A stretch of DNA of 61,476 nt, counting the filler, from Dugesia japonica (Eukaryota), in the NCBI GenBank assembly GCA_001938525.1. It is 5 parts of 5 records of this genome, joined end to end, with 100 filler letters (N's around TTAATTAATTAA, not from the genome) between each part and the next. Parts side by side here need not be neighbours in the genome. Positions count along the whole stretch, not along the records: positions 1 to 10,774 come from MQRL01505756.1; 4 more parts are not named here. One strand, written 5' to 3'. Of this stretch, positions 1-10,063 are shown in pieces (the first letter of the stretch is position 1; every line of letters starts with the position of its first letter). The notes under the pieces were generated by a model, which was given only the letters and a program-made list of their open reading frames with translations, ran no database searches and was not told where the DNA came from. The position numbers were made by a program, and so were the translations under genes.

Positions 1-1
1 C

Positions 2-115
2 AAACGTGTTGATTCTTTAAAATTTAATATTATAGATGAAAATAATAATCCTATAGATTTTAATGGACAAACTACTTTTTTATTAGTTCATATTAAAAAA
101 TGTATACAGTCTTAG
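2..115 (+). CDS. C-terminus of minor capsid (penton-like) protein, 5'-truncated by window edge
   Basis: Frame 2 reads KRVDSLKFNIIDENNNPIDFNGQTTFLLVHIKKCIQS*, matching the I.D.NG..IDF.G.....L.LH C-terminal pattern of Polinton minor capsid proteins. Overlaps the protease start. Confidence 0.6.
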   Translation, partial: KRVDSLKFNIIDENNNPIDFNGQTTFLLVHIKKCIQS

Positions 116-492
116 ATTTTCTAAAAGCATTTGGAATAAATACAAAAACTAATTTTGATTTGCATTCTATTGCTGATTTTTTAAATTTAGAACTGGAAAT
201 ATTAATGATAGATGAAATCAAAAATTGGTTCACGCATAAACCGAAAATTATTAATTATCAAAATTCAAATCAAAAAGGAACTCATTGGGTTGCTTTTTCT
301 TCTGGCTTTTATNNNNNNNNNNNNNNNNNNNNNNNNNNNNNNNNNNNNNNNNNNNNNNNNNNNNNNNNNNNNNAAATTCAAGTTCAACCTTTTGGAACAA
401 GTATTTGTGGAATTTTATGTTTATACTTTTTATATTCACTAAAATCCCAATTCTTTGATGAAATAATAAATGAATTTTCCGAAACTTTATAA
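100..492 (+). CDS. Adenain-like (adenovirus-type) cysteine maturation protease
   Basis: IINYQNSNQKGTHWVAF (catalytic His) and IQVQPFGTSICGILCLYFL (oxyanion Gln, catalytic Cys). The Asp motif falls in the N gap. Confidence 0.87.
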   Translation: MYTVLDFLKAFGINTKTNFDLHSIADFLNLELEILMIDEIKNWFTHKPKIINYQNSNQKGTHWVAFSSGFYXXXXXXXXXXXXXXXXXXXXXIQVQPFGTSICGILCLYFLYSLKSQFFDEIINEFSETL

Positions 493-534
493 GAATTACT
501 TGAAGACCCTTATAAAAACCCTTTTAATAAATAA

Positions 535-1665
535 ATGAATTTTTGTGGAGAAACATTAAATAGTCAAAATAATACAGAAATATTAAAACATGTTTCTGCT
601 NAATTAAAATTAGAATCTATTAATAATGAATCAAGGTTTGTTAATGAAAGTGGAGATTCAATTACTTGTTTAAAAATTATTAATGAACCCAAAAACGAAC
701 TAGATGCAGTGAATTTAAAATATTTTAAAAAGTTACAAAAAGAAGTATCTATAATAGGATCTCAATTAAGAAACCATAATACTTATATTCACAAACATTT
801 TGGTTTACGAGATAAACTTTTCATAACTCATGAACAACTTTTAGATAAAAACTTGGATTAAAGATAAAGCTGACTTGTTAATTAAAGTATATAATACCAA
901 TAATGATTTATTTAATTCACAAGTAGATACTGATAAACATATTAATGAGTTTAAAAAAGAAATCGTAAAACTAACAAAAAAAATTAATAATTTATCAAGT
1001 ACTTGTTCACCTGAAAAATTTATGAAGATTAATTTTGAATTGGAAAAACTATCAGAACAAATCAAATTATTAAACATTCCTTTAGAAGAAGAATTTCTTA
1101 AAATAAAACAAGATCTTCATATTGATTGGGTTGTTGATATTAATGATTATATTAATAAAATAAAACAAACCCAACAAAAACTAAACTTTATAGACAAGAA
1201 TAGTTAAACAAGATTAGCGAATTAATTGATAATTATTTTCTATACTCTGATAAAATAAAAATAATGAACCCTAAAATACTTTTTAAATTAACTACTTTAT
1301 TAACAAAGAATGAATTACCACATTATTCTGGATTAACACCATTTAAAATAAAAAGAAAAGGAATATCAAAAAGTTTTGTCGAAAAACGCTGTAAATATTA
1401 TTTTCTTGAAGAACCATTAGAACTTTATTTTTATTTTAAAAGACCATTAGAACAAGTAAATGTTTTATTTCATGGTTATTGTGATATTATTTATTTTAAA
1501 ATCTATATAGTAATCAATAATAAACCAGAAGAACATGAATTTAATTTCACTAAAAAAGAGATATTTCATTTTGGAATAAGTGCAAGGAAACATAAACCAA
1601 TAGAAAGAATTACTTTAATTTTACCAGCAAATATTTATATTGATAATATTACAATTTCAAATTAA
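535..1665 (+). pseudogene. Putative virion fibre/spike protein split into three ORFs (535-861, 851-1207, 1204-1665)
   Basis: The frames abut or overlap at about 850 and about 1203. N-terminal RFVNESGD and EPKNELDAVNLKY motifs, a coiled-coil middle and a beta-rich C-terminus. Confidence 0.4.
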
Positions 1666-1679
1666 TCTTGGATGAGGAA

Positions 1680-2550
1680 ATGGATGAGGAAATGCCAGAA
1701 GGTTCAATTCTAGAAGGTAAAAAATATCCAGACTTGGAAAAATATATTTATAAAGATCAAAAATATACAATTAAAGATTTAAAAACTAGATTATCAAGTT
1801 TAAGAATTGAAGATTTTGAATCAGATCTTTATTTCATTGATGATAAAATTAAGCATTATAAAATTTTTTTCTAAAAGATGGTCAAGGTTAGATACTTCGA
1901 TTAGATTTACAGAAATATTAATTGCAACGGTTGTTGGAATAACTGGAACTATATTAATTTCTTTAGGAACTTTAGATGTAGGAGGATTAATTCCAATTAT
2001 TTTAACAAGTGTAGTTTTTTGTATTCCAGTAATTGGTACTTTGAATTCATATTTAATAAAAACAAAATAGAATAAGTTTAAAAATTTAATTCATGAATTA
2101 GAAACTGTTAAATACAAGTTATTTTTATTTCAACAAAAGGCTTTATCTGACGACCTCTTAACAGATGAAGAAATATCAATAAGCAAAAATATGGTAAAAC
2201 AAGTTAAAGATTTAATTTCCCACAAAAATCCNNNNNNNNNNNNNNNNNNNNNNNNNNNNNNNNNNNNNNNNNNNNNNNNNNCTTTAAAGCCAAAAGTTAG
2301 CCAAAAGTTGCCAAAAGATTATTCTTTGTTTAAAATTTATTCTTAATAAAATGAAATATCTTTTAATTTATTAGATATTTCTTTAACAGATGAAGAAATA
2401 TTAATAAGCAAAAATATGGTAAAACAAGTTAAAGATTTAATTTCCCACAAAAGTCCCAGAGGGTCCCATAAAATTGAAAATGATTTATTAAAAAAACTGG
2501 AAAATCAACTTAATGAACAACAGAAAATAATTACTAAATTAAAGAAATAG
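1680..2550 (+). pseudogene. Two-transmembrane Polinton/adintovirus accessory protein ('gasderminX'-like)
   Basis: YPDL near the N-terminus, a hydrophobic hairpin ILIATVVGITGTILISLG...LIPIILTSVVFCIPVIG, then KALSDDLLTDEEI. Frameshift at about 1865, TAG at 2068; C-terminal part duplicated (2158-2232 vs 2384-2457). Confidence 0.5.
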
Positions 2551-2714
2551 CACAAACGAAGTGGAAATAATGTCTATTTATACCCTTAATTTTTAGGTTT
2601 GTATTAATTTTTAAAGTTGTGACCAAGGTCACAGGTTTTATATTTACATTTTAAAAATGGTTCACGCGTGAACCGTTTTATATTAAACTCCTTTCAGTCG
2701 TGAGAGCAATTTAA

Positions 2715-5700
2715 TTATTGTTTTAATTTATCGAATCTTGTATGCCACTCATCACAATTTGAACATTTATACTTGTTACCATGTGGCCAAGTTCTTATTC
2801 CATTGTCTTCTATTAGTCTTTTGTCGTCATAACCAGTTAAAGCAATCTTTTTCTGTTCCACTAATTCTATTTCATGTTTTTTTGATTTTAAACCATAATT
2901 TATTCNNNNNNNNNNNNNNNNNNNNNNNNNNNNNNNNNNNNNNNNNNNNNNNNNNNNNNNNNNNNNNNNNNNNNNNNNNNNNNNNNNNTGTCTAACTTAG
3001 TATTGGCCCCTTCGGGGTCGTATTCATATGGATAACTTTTTGATTTAATAAAATCACATTTTGTTACTTCATCTTTCATTTGAAATAAATTATTACCTAG
3101 TAAACTTTCTACTTTATTTAAATTATATCTTCCAATTATTTCTATAAAAATTGAATCTGTGTCATTATTTCTTTTAGCTTCGTTTCTTTGATCGATATTA
3201 AATTGAATGTAATCTTTTAACCAAGGTTTTGTTGGAAGGATATATTTTGAATGTATTTTTTTTATTTTCATTCCTAAAGAAAGATTTAAATCTAATGTTG
3301 AACCCAAAACTATATAATTTTGTTTATCGAATTGATTCAATGTTAATTTAATATTTTTGTTAGACAATTTCTTTTGAAAAGATAATTGATATGGAGCTAA
3401 CATTTCTTGAGTTATATTTATTCTATCATGTGCCAATGGAAAATATTTAGTCTTTTCATGAATTTCTTGTGGATATTCTAAATCAACTTCATAAATGTAA
3501 TTAACATCTGGGGTTGATTTTCTATATATTAAATTTTCAGCTTNNNNNNNNNNNNNNNNNNNTAAAGGCTATGCCAGACAGCTTGCGTAAAGACTGTTTT
3601 CATCTAAATATTTTATAAATGTTTCTTCTTTTCAATTTGTTGGTGGAGTTTTATTTTTAATTAATTAAAACTTGTGCTTTGTTTAACTGTCTAGTTCTTC
3701 CAAATCTATTATTTGATTTTTGGTTATTTGAAAATACCTGTCTATCTCCACAAACACCAGAATAACCACCCCTAACTCCTAATTCAATCTTTAGGAAAGT
3801 ATCATAACTTTCTTCTTGAGCATATTTTAATTTAACTGGTGTGAATTTCATTCCTGCAGCCCAAGTTAATCCTGGAGCTGAATAACAATAACTTGTATCT
3901 ATTTGATAATTATTTAAACAAATCTCTCTGAAATTTTCAAAGAAATCAGCTAAAATAATTACATCTAATTTCATATAGTGCATTATATAATCCCATATAT
4001 TATTAAAATTACTAAATTCTTGTATAAATTCATTATATTCTTGATCGGTTATTTCCNNNNNNNNNNNNNNNNNNNNNNNNNNNNNNNNNNNNNNNNNNNN
4101 NNNNNNATTATTCTTTTATTGATTTGCCACAAAAAAATTCCCCGAATCAATCTGTCTATTTAATTTACCTCACAGTAGGTGTGTTAATACTTTTTAATAA
4201 TTCAAAAAAATTGATTAATGTTTTTTCCTTTAACATATTCATATAGAAATGATATTTTCTTTGGAGCAAGATTAAATGCTCTTAAATGATTATATTTTCC
4301 AGATTGATTTAATAATTTACCCATAGTATCAATTGATCTAAATGGACACATTCTTGCTGAATCTAAAAATCTAATATGTCTAAATTCAAAAGATATATAA
4401 ACTTCATCAGTATGAGGAATTGTTCTTTTAACTTCTGTTGGATATTTTGTTAATAATTCTTTGAAAAACAGATGATTATCGTAACCAAATGCATTGTGAA
4501 AATATAAAGGAATAAATAGATTCTTTATAGATTTATCTTGCAAATTACAATTTGAATGAGAATAACCTCTAAATTCTCCATTAAAGTGATTGTGATCGAT
4601 TACCAAGTTTTCAGTTATATTTTCATAACAATATCTACATTTCGAATATTCTCGAAAGTTATTTGTTTGAACTTGACCATTGAACTTTTTAATTAATTTA
4701 TTTTCTTTAATATCAATTAATTTATTATTTATTTCTTCCAAGAATGTAAAGAACTCTTCATGAATATTTTCTCCGTAAAATTCTTTATATTCATTTTGAA
4801 TTAAATGTTGATATTTACTTGCTATATAAATTTCAAGAGATAATGGTTTTTGTTTTTTCGTTGCTGTATTAGTCCAACTTTCGAAATCAGCATAAACTAC
4901 AAATGGTAATTCATTACTAAAATGATGATTTTTAAATGAAAAATATTTATCATTTTCAAAATAAACATTAAAAGAATCGTAATTAATACATTCTTTTTGA
5001 TGATTAATTAATAAAGTTTTACTTCTCTATGAATTCATACAACATAAACACAATTCATTTTTATGATTATTAGTACTTGCAAAAACACCAACATCTCTAC
5101 ACAAAATATAAGGACCTTTGTAAAATAATAAATTACATTTATTTGTGTTTGATGATGGGTTACTTTCATAATGAGAAATATAAATAGGATAGATTTTGGG
5201 GCTTTTTCAGTTACTTCAAAAACATTTACTTTAAAATCATTAAATTTTTCAAATAATTTTACATTATCAATATTTGTTGGAAAATTTATTTCGTTTATTT
5301 TTAATTCAGATAAATAAGGAGTATAATTTAAAACTCTAGTTGGCTGATCTTCAAATACATGTTTATGAGCTAAAATTGAATATAGAAAACAATAATTATC
5401 TTTATTTTTAATATTAATTACACCTGGTTTAACAAAAGGTCATTTTTGATAACTTGAGCCTACTAATTATTGATATTTAGAAAGTTCAATTTTAAAATCA
5501 ATTATATAATCCAAATTTCATCCACTTTCACTTTGATCTTCATCTTCCATATATCTTTAAAGTTTATTTAATAACTCTTGCACAATAATTTCAACATCGC
5601 TTTTGATTGTTATTCTTTAATTACTAGAATATGAATTAAATATTCTTTCTTCATCTTCTTTATTATAATTAAAATTGACGCTCAATCGTAATATCAACTT

Positions 5701-6527
5701 TTTTGAATAATCAAAATATTTATCAACAATTTTAGTAATTTCTTTTTTAAACCTGGTTATTAATTTACAATTTAATGTTTTTACGTTTCTTGTTAATTCA
5801 ATTTTACTTTCTTTAAAGTATTCGATATTAAAATACTTTATATTTTTCAAATGTTTAAATAACTTTCGAATTTCATTCTTTTCAAAATCAATTGCATCAT
5901 CTCCAGGTAATTCATCAAATAATTCTTTAACTTTTTCTTCATTCGATTTTTTTACACGCTCTTTGTGTAAATCACTGTTGAAATGTGATTGAGGATGATT
6001 TTTTCTTGTAAATTTATGATCGCAGATATTACAATACAATGGAACTGCACTAACCCCAGTATTAGAACAATTCGTGGAGTTTTTATGCAGTCTCAAACCT
6101 TTTTCGGTTACTAATCTTTTAAAACAAATGTAAAATGTGTAATAATCATGTACATTTCGTGAACAGGTTCAAGATTGAATATGAGACGACAATCCCGCGN
6201 TATTTTTAAAAGTCTTGTTACAAATAGAACATTTAAAATTGTTTCGATTATTCATTTTATAAATAAAAAATTTGATTTTATAAAAAACTACCTTGAAGTT
6301 CTATATTTGATAATAATACATGAGATTTTTTATTTAGAGTTATTTTTTGTAATTGATTCTTTGGAAAGTAGATATTTATATTTTTCATAAAAAGCATTAT
6401 TATTTTTTGTTATTGCCTCAGCTATCTTTATACAATCCAAATTTGTTAATTTTACTTCATTATCTTCTTTGAAAATATCCAGTGAAAATTTTAAACCAGG
6501 CTGTTCTCTTATATTATCATTATTCAT
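2715..6527 (-). pseudogene. Protein-primed family B DNA polymerase (pPolB) with N-terminal Zn fingers, OTU-like region and EndoVII/HNH-like insert
   Basis: Motifs in order: CSICNKTF..LSSH and CNICDHKF..SHFNSDLH; GSSYQK*P..VINIKNKDNYCFLYSILA; PFVVYADFES; CRYC..DHNHFNGEFRGYSHSNCNL; FHNAFGYDNH; RFLDS; YMKLDVIILADFFENFR; YSAPGLTW; GVRGGYS; KPWLKDYIQFN; DTDSIF; DDKR..NGIRTWPHG. Confidence 0.93.
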
Positions 6528-7620
6528 TTTATTAAGAATAAATTTTAAACAAAGAATAATCTTTTGGCAACTTTTGGCTAACTTTTGGCTTTAAAGTTCA
6601 ATGCTTTGGCTAACTCATTATCTGCATCGGCATCTACAAATACTCGTCCAACTTCATTTGATATTCTTTTTGATTTTTTTGTTAAAATTGGTTTATGTTG
6701 TTTTAACTTTGATAATACTATATTATTTCTTTTATCAGTTAAACTNNNNNNNNNNNNNNNNNNNNNNNNNNNNNNNNNNNNNNNNNNNNNNNNNNTAATT
6801 CTTTAACTTTTTCTTCATTCGATTTTTTTACACGCTCTTTGTGTAAATCACTGTTGAAATGTGATTGAGGATGATTTTTTCTTGTAAATTTATGATCGCA
6901 GATATTACAATACAATGGAACTGCACTAACCCCAGTATTAGAACAATTCGTGGAGTTTTTATGCAGTCTCAAACCTTTTTCGGTTACTAATCTTTTAAAA
7001 CAAATGTAAAATGTGTAATAATCATGTACATTTCGTGAACAGGTTCAAGATTGAATATGAGACGACAATCCCGCGTTATTTTTAAAAGTCTTGTTACAAA
7101 TAGAACATTTAAAATTGTTTCTATTATTCATTTTATAAATAAAAAATTTTATTATATAAAAAACTACCTTGAAGTTCTATATTTGATAATAATACATGAG
7201 ATTTTTTATTTAGAGTTATTTTTTTGTAATTGATTCTTTGGAAAGTAGACATTTATATTTTTCATAAAAAGCATTATTATTTTTTGTTATTTCCTCAGCT
7301 ATCTTTATACAATCCAAATTTGTTAATTTTACTTCATTATCTTCTTTTAAAATATCCAGTGAAAATTTTAAACCAGGATGTTCTCTTATATTATCATTAT
7401 TCATTTTATTAAGAATAATTTTTAAACAAAGAATAATCTTTTGGCAACTTTTGGCTAACTTTTGGCTTTAAAGTTCAATGNNNNNNNNNNNNNNNNNNNN
7501 NNNNNGGCATCTACAAATACTCGTCCAACTTCATTTGATATTCTTTTTGATTTTTATGTTAAAATTGGTTTATGTTGTTTTAACTTTGATAATACTATAT
7601 TATTTCTTTTATCCGTTAAA
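5922..7620. repeat. Tandem duplication (~876 bp period) of the PolB 5' end, promoter and HTH 3' end
   Basis: ORFs 5617-6096/6739-6972 and 6330-6527/7216-7404 are near-identical with scattered SNPs. The copies are separated by an N gap. Confidence 0.9.
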
Positions 7621-7985
7621 CTTTCTTTTTTAGGAATTTCCTGAATTTCAAAATTACCAGTTTTATTACTAAAACATAATCACCCTAATTATCTTTAATA
7701 TATTGTTGAGACTTTTCATCAAAAGAATATTTTAATCTACTAAATCGTTTTCTCTCAGGTTTTAAATTTAATTCTCTTAAAGTTTTATTTAAGGCTGGAA
7801 TTGTCATCCCCATTTCTTTAGCTATAGTTGAATCTTTTAAATTTGGATTTTCTNAATGTAATTCTTGGTATCTAGTTGCTAAACAAGTTTTCTCTGATTT
7901 AACAAAATGTTTTAGATCAAATGATTTAGAACAATTAACAAAATCAACAGCACTAACACTAATCTTTTCTACTTTCTGTAGTCAT
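7455..7985 (-). pseudogene. Helix-turn-helix DNA-binding protein upstream of PolB
   Basis: Minus frame reads ...RYQELHXENPNLKDSTIAKEMGMTIPALNKTLRELNLKPERKRF..., a classic HTH pattern, and ends ...NELAKALNFKAKS* in the 6.6 kb duplicate. Has internal stops; not in the ORF track. Confidence 0.6.
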
Positions 7986-8148
7986 TTTTCTTTAGTGATA
8001 AAATAAGGTTTTTATAAAGAATAAATAAATATGAAAGTAAACAAATAAATATACAAATAATAATCACTAAAAATATTATTACATGTTTTTGATTTTTACA
8101 TTTTATTTTTAAATTATTAATAACACTATCACACAAATCTTTTCTCAT
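7969..8148 (-). CDS. Small single-pass membrane protein (59 aa)
   Basis: MRKDLCDSVINNLKIKCKNQKHVIIFLVIIICIFICLLSYLFILYKNLILSLKKNDYRK*; a diverged tandem copy lies at about 8145-8256. Confidence 0.45.
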   Translation of the reverse strand: MRKDLCDSVINNLKIKCKNQKHVIIFLVIIICIFICLLSYLFILYKNLILSLKKNDYRK

Positions 8149-8714
8149 TTTTCTTTAGTGATAAAATAAGGTTTCTAAAAGTAATAAATAAATATGGAAG
8201 TAAGCAAATAAATATACAATTAATAATTAATAAAAATATTATTACATGTTTTTGATNNNNNNNNNNNNNNNNNNNNNNNNNNNNNNNNNNNNNNNNNNNN
8301 NNNNNNNNNNNNNNNNNNNNNNNNNNNNNNNNNNNNNNNNNNNNNNNNNNNNNNNNNNNNNNNNNNNNNNNNNNNNNNNNNNNNNNNNNNNNNNNNNNNN
8401 NNNNATATTATTTTATTTCTTTGTTTATTATTTTCAGTTTTATTTAAAGCAGTTAATTCTTTTATTTTTCCTTCATCACATTCATTCATTCTCTCCAGTT
8501 CTTCTTTTAAAGTTTCGTTTTCTATTGCTAAATCATAAATTGTATTTCCAGCCATATTCATTGCTTCTTCAANNNNNNNNNNNNNNNNNNNNNNNNNNNN
8601 NNNNNNNNNNNNNNNNNNNNNNATTTTTACATTTTATATTTAAATTATCAACATTTATTATAAAATCAATTATTACTTTTGAATCGACTTCTATAGTCAT
8701 TTCTTTAAAGTAAT

Positions 8715-9071
8715 TTATTGAAGTGATTGTTTTGTAATATTATTTGATCTTCTAATAGCACTTAATATTATTTTATTTCTTTGTTTATTATTTTCAGTTT
8801 TATTTAAAGCAGTTAATTCTTTTATTTTTCCTTCATCACATTCATTCGTTCTCTCCAGTTCTTCTTTTAAAGTTTCGTTTCCTATTGCTAAATCATAAAT
8901 TGTATTTCCAGTCATATTCATTGCTTCTTCAAATAATTTAAATTTTGGATAAACATCTTTTAATATTACATTTTGTTCTTTTACTGAAGAATTTAAAACT
9001 TTAATATAATTTTCTTTTAATTTATTCATAAATTGAGGATTTTGTTTTATATCATCAATAATCTCATCCAT
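8715..9071 (-). CDS. Hypothetical coiled-coil viral protein (copy 1)
   Basis: Open 118-aa frame from the ATG at 9071 (MDEIIDDIKQNP...NETLKEELERTNE...); repeated at 9529-9885 and partly at 8405-8572. Confidence 0.55.
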   Translation of the reverse strand: MDEIIDDIKQNPQFMNKLKENYIKVLNSSVKEQNVILKDVYPKFKLFEEAMNMTGNTIYDLAIGNETLKEELERTNECDEGKIKELTALNKTENNKQRNKIILSAIRRSNNITKQSLQ

Positions 9072-9528
9072 TTTTTCTAAATATAAAATAGTGTTTATAT
9101 AAATCAACTGACAACCTAAGTAGATGTAAAATTGCGTTTTCCAGACAAGTATTTTTTTTATATTTACAATACATTATTTTATCCCATGACAAATTGTAAG
9201 GTAAAGGAAGGGTAGAACCTTGTATGGAAAACGCCATTTTACATTTACTGCTGTACTTGTAATTTGTTATAAAAATAATTTTTATTTAAAAAAGTTTCAA
9301 GTTAATCTGTTGGTTTAATTCTGTATGAATCAAAATAAAATGATTTATCAGACGAATGTTTTAGATCTTCACTCGTTTTAAAACAANNNNNNNNNNNNNN
9401 NNNNNNNNNNNNNNNNNNNNNNNNNNNNNNNNNNNNATTTTATATTTAAATTATCAACATTTATTATAAAATCAATTATTACTTTTGAATCGACTTCTAT
9501 AGAAGAAAAGTCATTTCTTTAAAGTAAT

Positions 9529-9885
9529 TTATTGAAGTGATTGTTTTGTAATATTATTTGATCTTCTAATAGCACTTAATATTATTTTATTTCTTTGTTT
9601 ATTATTTTCAGTTTTATTTAAAGCAGTTAATTCTTTTATTTTTCCTTCATCACATTCATTCATTCTCTCCAGTTCTTCTTTTAAAGTTTCGTTTTCTATT
9701 GCTAAATCATAAATTGTATTTCCAGCCATATTCATTGCTTCTTCAAATAATTNNNNNNNNNNNNNNNNNNNNNNNNNNNNNNNNNNNNNNNNNNNNNNNN
9801 NNNNNNNNNNNNNNNNNNNNNNNNNNNNNNNNNNNNNNNNNNNNNNNTGAGGATTTTGTTTTATATCATCAATAATCTCATCCAT
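9529..9885 (-). CDS. Hypothetical coiled-coil viral protein (copy 2, 814-bp duplication)
   Basis: Near-identical to 8715-9071; contains an N gap. Confidence 0.5.
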   Translation of the reverse strand: MDEIIDDIKQNPXXXXXXXXXXXXXXXXXXXXXXXXXXXXXXXXXLFEEAMNMAGNTIYDLAIENETLKEELERMNECDEGKIKELTALNKTENNKQRNKIILSAIRRSNNITKQSLQ

Positions 9886-9932
9886 TTTTTCTAAATATAA
9901 AATAGTGTTTATATAAATCAACTGACAACCTA

Positions 9933-10063
9933 AGTAGATGTAAAATTGCGTTTTTCAGACAAGTATTTCTTTTATATTTACAATACATTATTTTATCCCA
10001 TGACAAATTGTAAGGTAAAGGAAGGGTAGAACCTTGTCTGGAAAACGCCATTTTACATCTACT
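9933..10063. repeat. 131-bp unit with 31-bp inverted repeats starting AGTAG (candidate Polinton terminus or mini-element); duplicate at 9119-9249
   Basis: Left arm AGTAGATGTAAAATTGCGTTTTTCAGACAAG (9933-9963); right arm CTTGTCTGGAAAACGCCATTTTACATCTACT (10033-10063). Confidence 0.8.

Noticed and set aside
2715-6527. Alternative genetic code (several in-frame TGA in PolB)
   Set aside because: The TGAs fall at positions expected to be different residues (W, L, R-like), and TAA/TAG stops and frameshifts also occur, so ordinary decay explains them.
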